Shown: positions 36,735 to 48,432 of the stretch, in pieces
Layout of the letters: each line of letters begins with the position of its first letter
Position numbering within the stretch: position 1 is the first letter of the stretch
Origin: Malacoraja senta
Lineage: Eukaryota
Assembly (NCBI GenBank): GCA_038087875.1
Contig: CM075991.1
Coordinates: 8,682,001 to 8,746,000, forward strand
Direction of reading: 5' to 3'
Length of the DNA stretch: 64,000 nt
Notes under the pieces: model-generated
The model's input: the letters and a program-made list of their open reading frames with translations, nothing else
Database searches by the model: none
Told to the model about the DNA's origin: nothing
Translations under genes and position numbers: made by a program

Positions 36735-37240
36735 CCTAACACCAGTCACACCATCCCGTAGTTGCTTTCTGTAGAGACCACTTCCTCCAACATCCCCTTG
36801 GTCCGCTCATCCCTTCCCACCCAAACCACCCCTTCCCCAGGCAACTTCCCCTGCAACCGCAGGAGATGCAACACCTGTCCCTGAACCTCTGCCCCTCACA
36901 TCCATCCAGGGACCCCAGCAGCCCTTCCAGGTGAGTCAGAGGTTCACAGGCATCTCCTCTATCCTCATCTACTGCATTCGGTGCTCCCAACATTGTCCCT
37001 TTTACATCAGCGTGATCAGGTACACACTAGGTGACCGCTTCGCCGAATACTTGCGCTCGGTCTGACAAGGCCTGCTGGATGTCACATTTGATAACTACTT
37101 TAACTCCCCTTCCCATTACAACTTTTCTGTCCAGGGCTTCCTCCATTGCCAGAGTGCAGCCACATGCAAACTGGAGGAATAGCACCCCAATTTCACTTGG
37201 CTACCCAATGATATGAACATTAAATTCTCCAATTTTAGAT
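36735..37240 (+). pseudogene. Decayed Penelope-like element GIY-YIG endonuclease region
   Basis: FPCNRRRCNTCP (Cys knuckle), frameshift, then LTSIQGPQQPFQVSQRFTGISSILIYCIRCSQHCPFYISVIRYTLGDRFAEYLRSV*...CKLEE*H...MNIKFSNFR, which resembles PLE LIYCI.C..C...YIGET.R.L..RF.EH; stops present. Confidence 0.85.
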
Positions 37241-38639
37241 ACCCCCCCCACCCACACACCCAGCTTTCTTCCCCCCTCCCTCTCTTTCCTGTGCCTTATC
37301 CTGATGCACACCCATTACTCCAGTACTTTATGTCTTTTTGTGTAAATCAGCATCTGCAATTCCTTGCGTCTAACTTTTTAAAAGTTCCCTAATTAGTGTC
37401 TTCCTCAGTTTCAATTATATATCCAACTTTAAAACTTTTAGATCATTGAAACTGCCCCAATCATCCACGCACTCAATATATCGCAGATTGTTTTGTTTAG
37501 TTTATTATTGTTATGTGCACTGAAAATCAATGAAAAGCCTTTTTATTGTGTGCTATCCTGTCAGTGACAATACAATGCATGGCTACAATCAAGCCATCCA
37601 CAGTGTACAGATACAGGATAAAGGGTATAAAGTTTGGTACTAGATAAAGTCCAATAAAGTCAGATTAATGATAGTATGAAAATCTCCAATGAGGTAGATG
37701 GGAGATCAGGTCCGCTCCCTAGCTGGCGAGAGGACGGTTCAGTTGCCTGATAACAGCTGGGTACAAACTTTTCCCTGAATCTGCAAGTATGCATTTTCAA
37801 ACTGCCAGCCACATAAAATACTCAGATTCCCCTCTGTTTCATTTAACCGAGCGATCTCAATCTTCTCATGACACATCCATCGGTTTAACTTATTTATACT
37901 CCGCCAAAGGTTGTCATTTCTTTGAACAGCCCTTATCAAAGCTTCTTCTCCACCTCCTTGGGCCTCCCGAGCTCACCCACAGAACTTGTTCGGTGTCATC
38001 TCCACTTACTCTCATCTATCCTCAGGTTCCATGTCCACGATTGTCCATAATTGGGCAGTGTTTTTGACAAGGTTTTCGTCTAACTCCTCTCATTCCCCAG
38101 GCTTACAGCATGTTTACAAAACGAAAACCTCCACCTGGGCGTTTTCAGACAGGCTTCTCAACCAGTCCAGGCAGTATCAAAGACCGCGCGCGGATCTTTC
38201 ATCATTCAGTTCCTCTTCTCTTGGTTTACGAGCCAATGCACAAAATAGCTTGCAAAATAATGGGCAGAGGTTTCCACTGCTGGTCGAAGTCAGCTCATTA
38301 TATGTGAAATGAACAAAACGCAAGTGATGCCAGTGATTATAATATTTAGACTGTAGATGAACTTGGCGTCTGGTGTGCAGGCACCAGCAGCTTCCCAGGT
38401 CTGGATTTGGTAATTCGATTTTCATTGGAATAATAAGAGCGAGTCATTGTTGTTAGTGGCGCTCGAGTGGCTTACAGTCAATCTCCTGTCGCCATCCCAT
38501 CTGCCTTGCGTACAGTGAGACCGCCTTTAATAATGTCTGTCGCTAATTAACTGTGCTGTGTTCTCTCAACTCACTGAGCAGTGGCCGTCATTTGGAGGCT
38601 GAAATGCCATGGAGTCTCATACCACGGAAACATCCCTTT

Positions 38640-38850
38640 CAACGAAGGAACTGCAGATGCTGGTTGAAACTGAAGATAGACACAAAAAGCTGGGGTAACT
38701 CAACGGGACAGGCAGCATCTCCGGAGAGAAGGAATGGGTGACGTTTCGGGACAAGACCCAGTCTGAAGAAGGGTCTCGACCCGAAACGTCACCCATTCCA
38801 TCTCTCCAGAGATTCTGCCTTTCCCGCTGAGTTACTCCAGCATTTTGTTT
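38640..38850. mobile_element. PLE-derived fold-back mini-element with consensus hammerhead-like core
   Basis: CTGAAGA-A-GGGTC-TC-GACCC-GAAA-CG-TC at 38763-38790 between inverted arms. Confidence 0.85.
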
Positions 38851-38899
38851 CCATCCTCTTATAATTTTAGTAAGATTTCTTTACTCTCGTACTCAAATC

Positions 38900-39230
38900 A
38901 TCTTGCAATGAAGGGTAATGTACTATTTGTCTTTCTAATTGCTTTCTGTACCTGCAGATTAGCTTTTAATGATCACTGAACAAGGACACAAAGTTCCCTC
39001 TGACATCAACACCTTTCAAACTCACCATTTGGGAATACGTGCGTTACTATCTTCTCTGCCAAAGTGGACAACGTCACATTTTTCCACCCCATTTGCCATG
39101 CCCTTGTTCATTCACTTAACCTGTCTAAAACAACTGCGGTAGCCCCATTTAGATCATCCTCACAACTCTTCCTGCCACTCAGCTTTGTATCATCATCAAG
39201 CTTGGATATATTACACTTAACTCCCTTCAG
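38900..39230 (-). mobile_element. Old CR1-type LINE RT fragment
   Basis: GVKCNISKLDDDTKLSGRKSCEDD..LDRLSE, a degenerate version of KFADDTKL. Confidence 0.7.
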
Positions 39231-39239
39231 ATTAATGAT

Positions 39240-39660
39240 AATTTTTTTTCTTTTCTCGGCTGGACGGATGACTGTCACTTTGAGGTATCTGTGTGGTTTG
39301 TTATACGCTGAAAAAGAGGAGGAGCAGGATAAAGCACCGCAAGTAATAGGTTGATACAGATGAGGGGGGGGGGGTGTTATGGGTTGAGAGGCAGATGGTG
39401 GATAAAAAAATAGATGAAAAGACAGAATGTGAGACAAAAGGCTTGAAGAGTTGTGAAGCTGGAGGGTGGAAGGGAACGGGGAGGGGAGGAATGGGTGAGA
39501 TCCAGGTGAAGCACAGGGAATGTGGGGGGTGTGGGGGGGGGAGGGGGCAAGAAGTGAGAAGGGGAAAGTTTTGTAGTAACCTAAACTTGGAGAATAGGCT
39601 TCATACCATTGGGTTGTAAGCTACCCAACTGGAACACGAGGTGTTGTTCCTCCAGTTTGC
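39240..39660 (-). mobile_element. Penelope-like element ORF end and pLTR remnant
   Basis: Reverse complement reads KLEEQHLVFQLGSLQPNGM followed by a pyrimidine-rich pLTR. Confidence 0.7.
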
Positions 39661-41169
39661 TTACTCTAGCAATGGATGAGTATCTTCAATTGGCTTGAAG
39701 TACGGTGGACACCAAATGCCAAATAACAGCACTGTGTGTCTGACACTTTCTTCACTGGTGACTGAGACTGATCTGATTCAGTAGTAATTAGCAGGTTGGA
39801 TATCACCTGTTTTTAGTGAATAATCCACATCTGTGCCATTTTTCACATTGTTGGGAAAATGCTAAACTCTTGGAAAATTGTAAATGAAGGGATAGTCAGT
39901 TATGGTGGGAGTTTACCATGGGAGGTAGGAGAGTTATATTGGACCAGAGGGGAATTTTTGCTTTATAGAACTTATGAGGTGGTTGAGATCTGGAATTCTC
40001 TGCCTGAAGAGATGGTGGAAGCAGAATATGCTCCCAACATTTAAGAACCATCCAAGGTAGACAGCTACCCAAATCGCCAAGGTATAGATTATGGACCTAA
40101 TGCAGATCAATGGGATTAGTGTAAACAGTTACAATGGCCAGCAGGGAAATGGCAGGCCGAAGGGCTTGGTTCTTTTTTGAGTGACTCTACGACAGTATTC
40201 ACCAGCAAGATATTTGCCCCCTAGAATCAGTCTGAAGAAAGGTCTTAACCCTAAATGTCACCTATCCATGTTCTTTAGAAATGCTGCCTGACTCCGAGTT
40301 ACTCCTGCACTTTGAGTCCTTTGGTGTGTTAACCAGCATCTGCAGTTCCTTGCTTCTCCTACTTGCATTAATTATTCCTTGAGGAACATCAGTCGCTACC
40401 AACAGGTTTGTATCATTGCACAAGTTGGTCAACCGTGGAAAATGGACACCTTGGACAACCTCCGCAGCTGCAAAAACGCTAACTGGTGGCGAGAGGCCCA
40501 TATCCAAAGATCATTCAGCATTTTTTCTTAAGTGGTTATTTTTCACAAATTAGCTGAGTAATTGCTCTTGATCTCTTCCAGTTGCAAACTAAATCTTTCA
40601 GTGAGAATGTCGACACACATCAAGTGAATGAGCTCTCTGGCTGCTTGTGCTGGGTAACATAATTAGTGCAGGTGATTAGTTGTGGCACTGATGGGCTTCA
40701 AAACTGACATGGCTTTCACCTTCACAGAGCTTTTGCACACTTATTATCATAACGCTGTCACGAGACCTAGATCTTGGTTTCTTTAGGCCTGACAGCCTTA
40801 TGTTAGACCTTCCGTAGAAGTTGAGAAGAATCAATTGAAGGCACAATGTCTTGTTTTCCTGCCTTTTGTTCGGTAAAAAAAGAAACAAGCATTTTATCTA
40901 TGGAAACCCATTATTCATCTTGCAGAAGGATGGTTGACAGATACAACTAACTGGTTCTATCTGCAACAATATTTGATCTCTAATTGTTTTATACCCAACA
41001 ATCCATTGTAGTCCATTGAGTCTGAAGAAGGGTCTCTGAAGAAGAGTCTGAAAACACACTTGAAAATTTGAGAGATTCACTTCCCTCCGAGTGAAGAAAT
41101 TTATATTCAACTAAATTTTAAATGACCAGAGCTTTTTCTTGAATCCATTTCCCCTTGTTGTGACGCTCT

Positions 41170-41498
41170 TGTGGTGAGACACACGTTTGAGAACAAAGTG
41201 ATCTTTATTGGCAGATACAGTCAGCCACTCGCGTGCTGAGAGTGAGCACTAATTGAGTCCCTGCAGTTGCAGTTGGACACACCTGTGACTCATGGGGTCA
41301 TCTTCCCGCCAAACGCAGTCACAACGCAATCCAGTTCTACTAACGAGAGTTCGATCTATCACTGGCCTAACCACAAGATGACGCCACACTCTCAGGTTAA
41401 CTGAAGTCAAGGTGTGGCTATTGCTACTCTGCAAATTTTAAATATTAACTCGGTTCGTCTCTCCACAGTCAGGGTCGGATCTCCTTGGTATCGCCACA
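41170..41498 (-). mobile_element. Probable solo LTR, 329 bp
   Basis: TGTGGTGA...TCGCCACA termini (7/8 inverted), flanks CTCT/ATCT (3/4), AATAAA on the minus strand at 41204-41209. Confidence 0.6.
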
Positions 41499-42139
41499 AT
41501 CTTTCTCTGTCGCAGTTTCATAATATAGACCCACAATACTAAGTTGCGTTACTTCTTTGCAGATGCTGGCCTGACCACCTGCCGTTTCCTTAGGAAATCT
41601 AAATCCCTTTGGATTTTTTACATCATTTGTAGAAGTTAGTGATGAGTCAAATGGTCTCGACCCGAAAGGTCACTCATTCCTTCTATCCAGAGATGCTGCC
41701 TGTCCCGCTGAGTTACTCCAGCATTTTGTGTCTCCCTTCAATTTAAACCAGCATCTGCAGTTCATTCCTGTACATTAACTTTGTTCTTATTTCTGATTTC
41801 CAGCAGTTCAATTTTATTTTAAATTTCCAACATTTTCTGACTTTATTTTCTAATTCCTTTATTCAACTTTATTTTCTAATTTCTCTACATAAAACATCTC
41901 TATTTCACAACTTCTATATGCTCTCCCTCTCTAATTATCCTTCTTAATCTATCAACCATCAACCGATTGGTTTGGTACATACACATATCGCCTATTAGAA
42001 ATATTCCCTTTGTCCTATCCGTTCCTCCCCTACTCTTTTTACCGCTTGAAATTACCTTGCCTTCTCACTTTTCCAGTTCCAATGAAGTATCTTCAGCCTG
42101 AAATCTCAATTCTGTTTCTCTTTCCACAGATGCTGTCTG

Positions 42140-42590
42140 TCTCGCCAGGAAGCGAGCGGGCAAGATCATCTCTGACCCCCCTCACCCTGGCCACAAACTC
42201 TTTGAATCACTTCCCTCAGGAAGGCGACTCCGGACTGTCAAAGCTGCCACAGCCAGACATAAAAACAGTTTTTATCCACGAGTAGTTGCTCTACTCAACA
42301 GCCAAAAATCTGTAGCCTCCCTTTGATCTGGTATTTTGTTGGTTCGCATGCTTGATCAATGGTGTTTTATCATTGACTAGACCAAGTGCAGACCCTTTGG
42401 GACTGTTCCCCCAACATGTGGTGTATCATTGATTATTTATTAATGATTTATTATTATTAATGTTTAGTGTTTTCTGAGTAATTCGTAATTGTCACTGTAT
42501 GTCATGTTGTTACTTGTGGGTGGAGCACCAAGGCAAATTCCTTGTATGTGAATACTTGGCCAATAAACTTACTTACTTACTTACTTACTT
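42140..42590 (+). mobile_element. Rex1/Babar-type LINE 3' fragment with (TTAC)n tail
   Basis: ARKRAGKIISDPPHPGHKLFESLPSGRRLRTVKAATARHKNSFYPRVVALLNS; AATAAA then (CTTA)n. Confidence 0.85.
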
Positions 42591-42959
42591 ATTAGGAGGA
42601 CATAGTTTTGAGGTAAGGTGTCATCACATAAAACTGAGATGCATTGAAATTTATTTTCACGGAGGGGGGGGGCAAAGAATCTCTGGAACTTGCTGCTACA
42701 GAGGGTTGCGGGGGCTAGCTCAGGAGAAGTGGAGGTAGATTAGGGGACTGATGGCAAGGGATCTGACACATGGAGGGTGTCGGGTATAGGGAGGGGATCT
42801 GGTACGGGGAGGGATCTTGTACAGGGAGGGAGCTGAAGCCTGGGGTAGATTAGCCATGACCAAATGGAATAGTGGAAGAATCTTGAGGAACCAGATAGTC
42901 CACTCCTGCTCCTACTTTCTTGTGCGACATGTGTAGTGTAGTTTAAATTACAGATACAA

Positions 42960-43268
42960 CAGGAACCAGGGGCCACAGTTTAAGAATAAGGAGTAAGCCG
43001 TTTAGAACAGAGACGAGGAAACACCTTTTCTCACAGAGAGTGGTGAGTCTGTGGAATTCTCTGCCTCAGAGGGCGGTGGAGGCGGGTTCTCTGGATGCTT
43101 TCAAGAGAGAGCTAGATAGGGCTCTTAAAAATAGCGGAGTCAGGGGATATGGGGAGAAGGCAGGAACGGGGTACTGATTGGGGATGATCAGCCATGATCA
43201 CGTTGAATGGCGGTGCTGGCTCGAAGGGCCAAATGGCCTACTCCTGCACCTATTGTCTATTGTCTATT
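42960..43268 (+). mobile_element. CR1-type LINE 3' fragment, (CTATTGT)n tail
   Basis: TRGHSLRIRSKPFRTETRKHLFSQRVVSLWNSLPQRAVEAGSLDAFKRELDRAL. Confidence 0.92.
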
Positions 43269-43597
43269 GAAACATCGCCTACTGCCCACCGAGTCCGCGC
43301 TGACCAACGATCACCTGTACACTAGTTCTACCCTGCACACTAGGGATCATTTATAAATCCAATTCAGCTACAAACCTGCACATCTTTGGAGTGTGGGAGC
43401 ACCTGAAGAAAATCCAGTGTGGTTCACAGGGAGAACATGCAAACTCCATACAGACAGCAGCCATAGTCAGGATCAAACCCAGGTCTCTTTACCTGTCTGT
43501 ATCTCTGTGCCACCCTGAATGTTTCCAGCAGTTTATGTTTTAGATTAATTTTGAATTAATTAGTACAAGTTAGAATATTGTCGATCTTCTTTGAATG

Positions 43598-44309
43598 TAG
43601 GCGCTGGAGGCGCTGTCCTGAACGGCTGCCTGTCCTGCAGCTCTCCGTCTTTTTCCCTTCTTTTTTTTATTATTTTTGGTACGTTTAGTGTGTAGTCAGG
43701 GGGCCTAATCTTTTTATGTGTGGGGGGTGGTGGGGGGGAAGGGGGAAACTGTTTTTCGAGTCCCTACCTGGTCGGAGGGGTTGCCTTCCTCCGAGCAGCG
43801 CCTTCGACCTGTCCTTGCGGCCTACCAGCGGGTCCTGGAGCGGCGTTTCCCTGAGGGGACCTGGCCAGAACACCGGCTTTGGTGGCGGCGCAGAACATCG
43901 GGTTTGGCGGCGGTGCAGCGCTGGAGCGCTGTCGTGGAGCGGGCGATGCCTTTCCTGGGTCGCCGCGCTGGGACTCCAGTATGCTGGGACCGCCGATGGG
44001 AACATCGTGGAGCCGCGGTTCTGTGGAGCGGCCCAGCTGCGACGCTGAACGTTGCATCCCGGAGCCTGGGCGAGAATATTGGGCGCCGTGGTGGGACTGT
44101 GGAGCCTCAATGGGCCCGACTCTGGGTGGACAAGAGGATGGGGACTGGACTTTGTGCCTTCCCCCACAGTGGGAACCATTGTGGGGGGATGTTTTTGTGT
44201 TGAACTTTTTGAACACTATGTTGTATTTTTATTAGTGTGCTGCAAGGACATCTGAATTTCCCCAGAATAAGGGGATTAATAAAGTCTTATCTTATCTTAT
44301 CTTATCTTA
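43598..44309 (+). mobile_element. GC/CpG-rich non-coding retroposon with Rex1-like tail and (TCTTA)n end
   Basis: Ends GAATTTCCCCAGAATAAGGGGATTAATAAAGTCTTATCTTATCTTA (hairpin, AATAAA, microsatellite); no recognisable ORF. Confidence 0.55.
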
Positions 44310-44850
44310 GACACACGGAACTGCAGATGCTGACGAAGGGTCCCAACCAGAAACATCACCTATCCATGTTCTCCAGACATGCTGCCTGACCTGTTGAGTT
44401 ATGACAGCACTTTTCTTTTCTTTGAATATGGCTTGCAATCTTTGAATGCACGGGGTATAATGTCCGAAGGACAGTACTTCTGTAACACACAGAGGCATCA
44501 CCCTAAATTGTGCAGCATGATGCCAGTGTGGGATAATAGCTTCAATCTGAGAACACTTCCATCTCAGATCTGAGATCCTTCAATTTGAGAACACTTCTTA
44601 ACGAGCTAAAACTAATCAAGAGCTTTTAGTTCTCAGGGACTGAACTTCAAGTGGCTCATTTGACTAATATTGACTCATCCACAGCTAAGATACTACACTT
44701 TGATGCCACGAGAGTCATGATGAGATACAGCATGGAAACAGGCCATTTGGCCCATCTAGTCTGTGCTAACCATCAGCCTCATATTTACACTACATTAATG
44801 TGATTCTCTACTCTCTTCGCACTCTCTCATGTGTGTATATAAGAGTGCAA

Positions 44851-45153
44851 AGGGGCGGCATGGTAGCACTGTGGTAGAGTTGCTGCCTTACAGCCCCAGA
44901 CGCCCAGGTTCGATCCTGACAAAGGGTGCGATCTGTACGGAGTGTGGACGTTCTCCTCGTGACCTGCGTGGGTTTTCTCCGAGATATTCGGTTTCCTCCC
45001 ACCAAGGACGTACAGGTTTGTAGGTTAATTGGCTTGGTATAAATGTAAATTGTTCCTAGTGTGTGTAGGATAGTGTCAAAGTGCGGGGATCGCTGGTCGG
45101 CGCGGACTCGGTGGGCCGAAGCGTCTGTTTCCGCGCGGTATCTCTAAACTAAA
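44851..45153 (+). mobile_element. HE1/V-SINE-type SINE
   Basis: Full head-core-tail structure. Confidence 0.92.
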
Positions 45154-45289
45154 CCCAAAACCCCATCAGGTAGCCAACTCCCACCCCATCTGCTGAAGAG
45201 TCTGCAGTTCCTGCATTGCCTTAAGTCATAGGAGCAGAATTAGGCAATTTGGCCCTTCAAGACTACCGCACTATCTCGCCTAACCCAGG

Positions 45290-45608
45290 CTTAGTTTAGT
45301 TTAGTTTATAGGTATAGTGCAGAAACAGGCCCTTCGGCCCACCGAGTCCGCACCGACCAGCGATCCCCGCACACTAACACTATCCTACACCCACTAGGGA
45401 CAATTTACACCTACACCAAGCCAATTAACCTACAAACCTGTACGTCTTTGGAGTGTGGGAGGAAACCGAAGATCTCAGGGAAAACCCACGCGGTCACGGG
45501 GAGAACGTACAAACTCCGCACAGACAGCACCCGTAGTGGGGATCGAACCTGGGCCTCCGTCGCTGCAAGCGCAGTAAGGCAGCAGCTCTACCGCTGCGCC
45601 ACCGTGGC
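45290..45608 (-). mobile_element. HE1/V-SINE-type SINE, well preserved; shares a ~10-nt head insertion with 2580-2885
   Basis: Reverse complement of the full structure; GCTGCAAGCGCAGTAAGGC versus the usual GCTGTAAGGC. Confidence 0.95.
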
Positions 45609-46609
45609 CACCACCGTGATCCTGTGACTGCATTGCAGTGTTCAGCGTAGCGAAAGAAATATCTCTTCAGTTACATGTTTGAAGTAACAAGGCCAACTGC
45701 AGTTGATGGGTTGCATTGGGTATTCAGCTGACAGGCTGTGTATCTCCTTATAGAATCATTTGAGCACTTCACACGGCAAAGTCCCAAGTTAATTTACACT
45801 CTCTCAATTATTTTTCACAACTATTTTTTTTGCTTCATCACGTCCAGATAGTGCGAAGGTTTGTTAATGCCGTTGCCTCAATGGAAAGTTTCCATGGAGG
45901 TAACAGCATGCATTCTGTGCCACTTAGTGGTTTGAGCCCTTGTTCCAGCTCTAACATGTTTCATTAGGGCTGCTTGAACAACACCACTATCCCAGAAACT
46001 GGCAGATGATAGAACGACCGCCTGAAATTGATCACAATTGCCCAAGTCTGTAAAGAAGGTGTTTTTGTCCCACTGATCCTTCAGTGAACATCTTTGTTGA
46101 TTAGAACTGCGAGTCAAGAGAGGGAGAGTCAAGAGTTTAAGGTGGCACAGTGGCACAGCGGTAGAGTTGCTGCCTTACAGCGCCAGAGACCCGGGTTTGA
46201 TCCTAACTACAAGTACGGGTGATGTCACTACAGAGTTTGTATGTTCTCCCTATGACCAGGTGCTCTGGTTTCCTCCCACACTCCAAAACTGTGCAGTGTA
46301 TAGATTGGATTACCAACATAAAACCATCTCCCCCATATTAGAGGCTGGTGAAACTAGGGAACATAAATTTAGGGTAAAGTCCAATCTTGTTTCCATTGGT
46401 TTGTGTTGTGCTTTGTTGGATAGCCAAACATTTTGGGAGCCATATGTAAAAATGGCAAGATAATTGAAAATAGAAACAAGGAACTGCAGATGTTGGTTTT
46501 ACAAAAAAGGGCACAATGTGCTGGAGTAACTCAGCGTGTCAGGACCTTTGCCGGCATGAAACGTCACCTATCTATGTTCACCAGAGATTCTGCCTGACCC
46601 TATGAGTTA

Positions 46610-46945
46610 TGGGCCTGTCCCACTTAGGTGATTTTTTAGGCAACTACAGGCGACTAGTTTGTCGCCACATGTTTGCCGGTGGTCGGCCGGGAGTCGTCTC
46701 CTCAGCCGCGCAAAAAGTCGTAGCGTCTTTCTGGTCGCCGCTAAATTTTCAACATGTTGAAATAATTTCGGCGACAGTGGGTTTGACGCCAATGAGCGTA
46801 GCTTGACTTCTCCTGACGTAGTTGCTGTCGTAGGTTGTCGCCAGGATGACGAAGGTTGTCGCCGTTTTTTCGGCGACCTGCTACGACTGTGACAGTCGCC
46901 GGCAGCTGCCTGAAAAAAAAAAAATCGGCAAGTGGGACAGGCCCG
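46610..46945. mobile_element. PIF/Harbinger-type MITE inserted in a PLE mini-element
   Basis: TIR GGGCCTGTCCCACTT; TTA TSD splits the conserved PLE motif GAG[TTA]CTCCAGC. Confidence 0.93.
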
Positions 46946-47369
46946 TTACTCCAGCACCTGTGTGCCAAGATACGATCGAAGTTTGGTTTATGATTGCAAT
47001 GCATGGTGCGAATAACTTGCACAAGGTTCCTACTTGTTTGTGACAGCCAAACCAAACGTCCAACATTCCCCAAAACCCCATACATGCAAATGCAAAACAG
47101 AAATACATTTCATGGAAAAATTACATTTTCAAAAAAATTAAATAGCAATTATTATTGCCTGCAATCAACACAGCAGGATGCGTGGTTAGATGAATACAAT
47201 GAATAATAAACACATATCTAACGAATTACAATGTTATAAGCAAATCAGTTTTAACTCAGCATGCTGTTGTATTTAAAGGCTACTGCAACCTGATCAATTT
47301 AGAACAATACATATCTCCACATAGCACAGAAAGAGGCCATTAAATAACAAGCTGTTTTCCCTTCCGTTC

Positions 47370-47760
47370 ATTGCAGAGAATTGTGGACGCAGCCCAGACC
47401 ACCACACAAGCCAACCTCCCTTCACACCTCATGCCAGCAACATTATCAAGGACGAGTCTCACCCCGGCCACTCCCACTTCTCCCCCTCTCCCATCGGGCG
47501 AAAGGTACAGAAGCGTGAAAACGCACACCTCCAGATTCAGGGACAGTTTCTTCCATCATCAGGCGACTGAACTGTCCTACCAGCAACTAGAGCAGTCCTG
47601 AGCTGCTGTCTGCGTCATTGGAGACCCTCGGGACTATCTTTGGAAGACTTTGCCTTGCACTTCATGTTATTCCCTTATCATGTTTCTATCACTGTAATGG
47701 CTCGATTGTAATCATATTGTCTTTCCGATGACTCGTTAGGTTAGCATGCAACAAAGGCTT
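47370..47760 (+). mobile_element. Rex1/Babar-type LINE 3' fragment
   Basis: LQRIVDAAQT...PLPSGERYRSVKTHTSRFRDSFF. Confidence 0.8.
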
Positions 47761-48084
47761 TTCAGTTCAGTTCAGTTTATTGTCACGTGTACTGAGGTAC
47801 AGTGTGAAGCTTTTGTTGCGTGCTAACCAGTCAGCAGAAAGACAATACATGATTACAACTGACCTTGAATGCGCTGGAGACAATACCCTTGTCCCTCCTC
47901 GCATTCGTTGTTGCCAGCAGCTCACCCCTCAACTAATGTTGGGTTAGGAATAGAGTTATACAGCACGGAAACAGGTGTAGGTTTGTGCCAACCTTCAAGC
48001 ATCCGTTGGCACCCATCGCAATTTCTTTTCTGTTCTTTCCACATCAACTATCCTCAGATTCCACCTTTATTTACAGTGACCAAT

Positions 48085-48432
48085 TCACATGGATAGAGTG
48101 GATGTGGAAAGGATGTTTTCACTGGTGGGAGAGTCTAGGACCAGAGGTCATAGCCTCAGAATTAAAGGGGGCTCTTTTAAAAAGGAGGTGAGGAGGAACT
48201 TCTTTAGTCAGAGGGTAGTTAATCTGTGGAACTCATTGCCACAGAGGACTGTGGAGGCCAAGTCAGTGGATATCTTTAAGGCAGAGATAGACAAGTTCTT
48301 CATTTGGACGGGTGTCCAGGGTTATGGGGAGAAAGCAGGAAAATGGGATTAGGAGGCAGAGATCAGCCTTGATTGAATGGCGGAGTAGGCCCGATGGGAC
48401 AAATGGCCTAATTCTACTCCTATAACTTGTAA
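48085..48432 (+). mobile_element. CR1/HER1-type LINE 3' fragment
   Basis: DRVDVERMFSLVGESRTRGHSLRIKGGSFKKEVRRNFFSQRVVNLWNSLPQ. Confidence 0.92.

Noticed and set aside
40262..40507. NLLVATDV resembling helicase motif V
   Set aside because: No ARGLD/EEG continuation or other helicase motifs; the ORF runs into a PLE terminus; kept only as a weak exon candidate
43685..44255. Overlapping ORFs in several frames
   Set aside because: High GC content suppresses stops; no recognisable domain; lies in a repeat-like element
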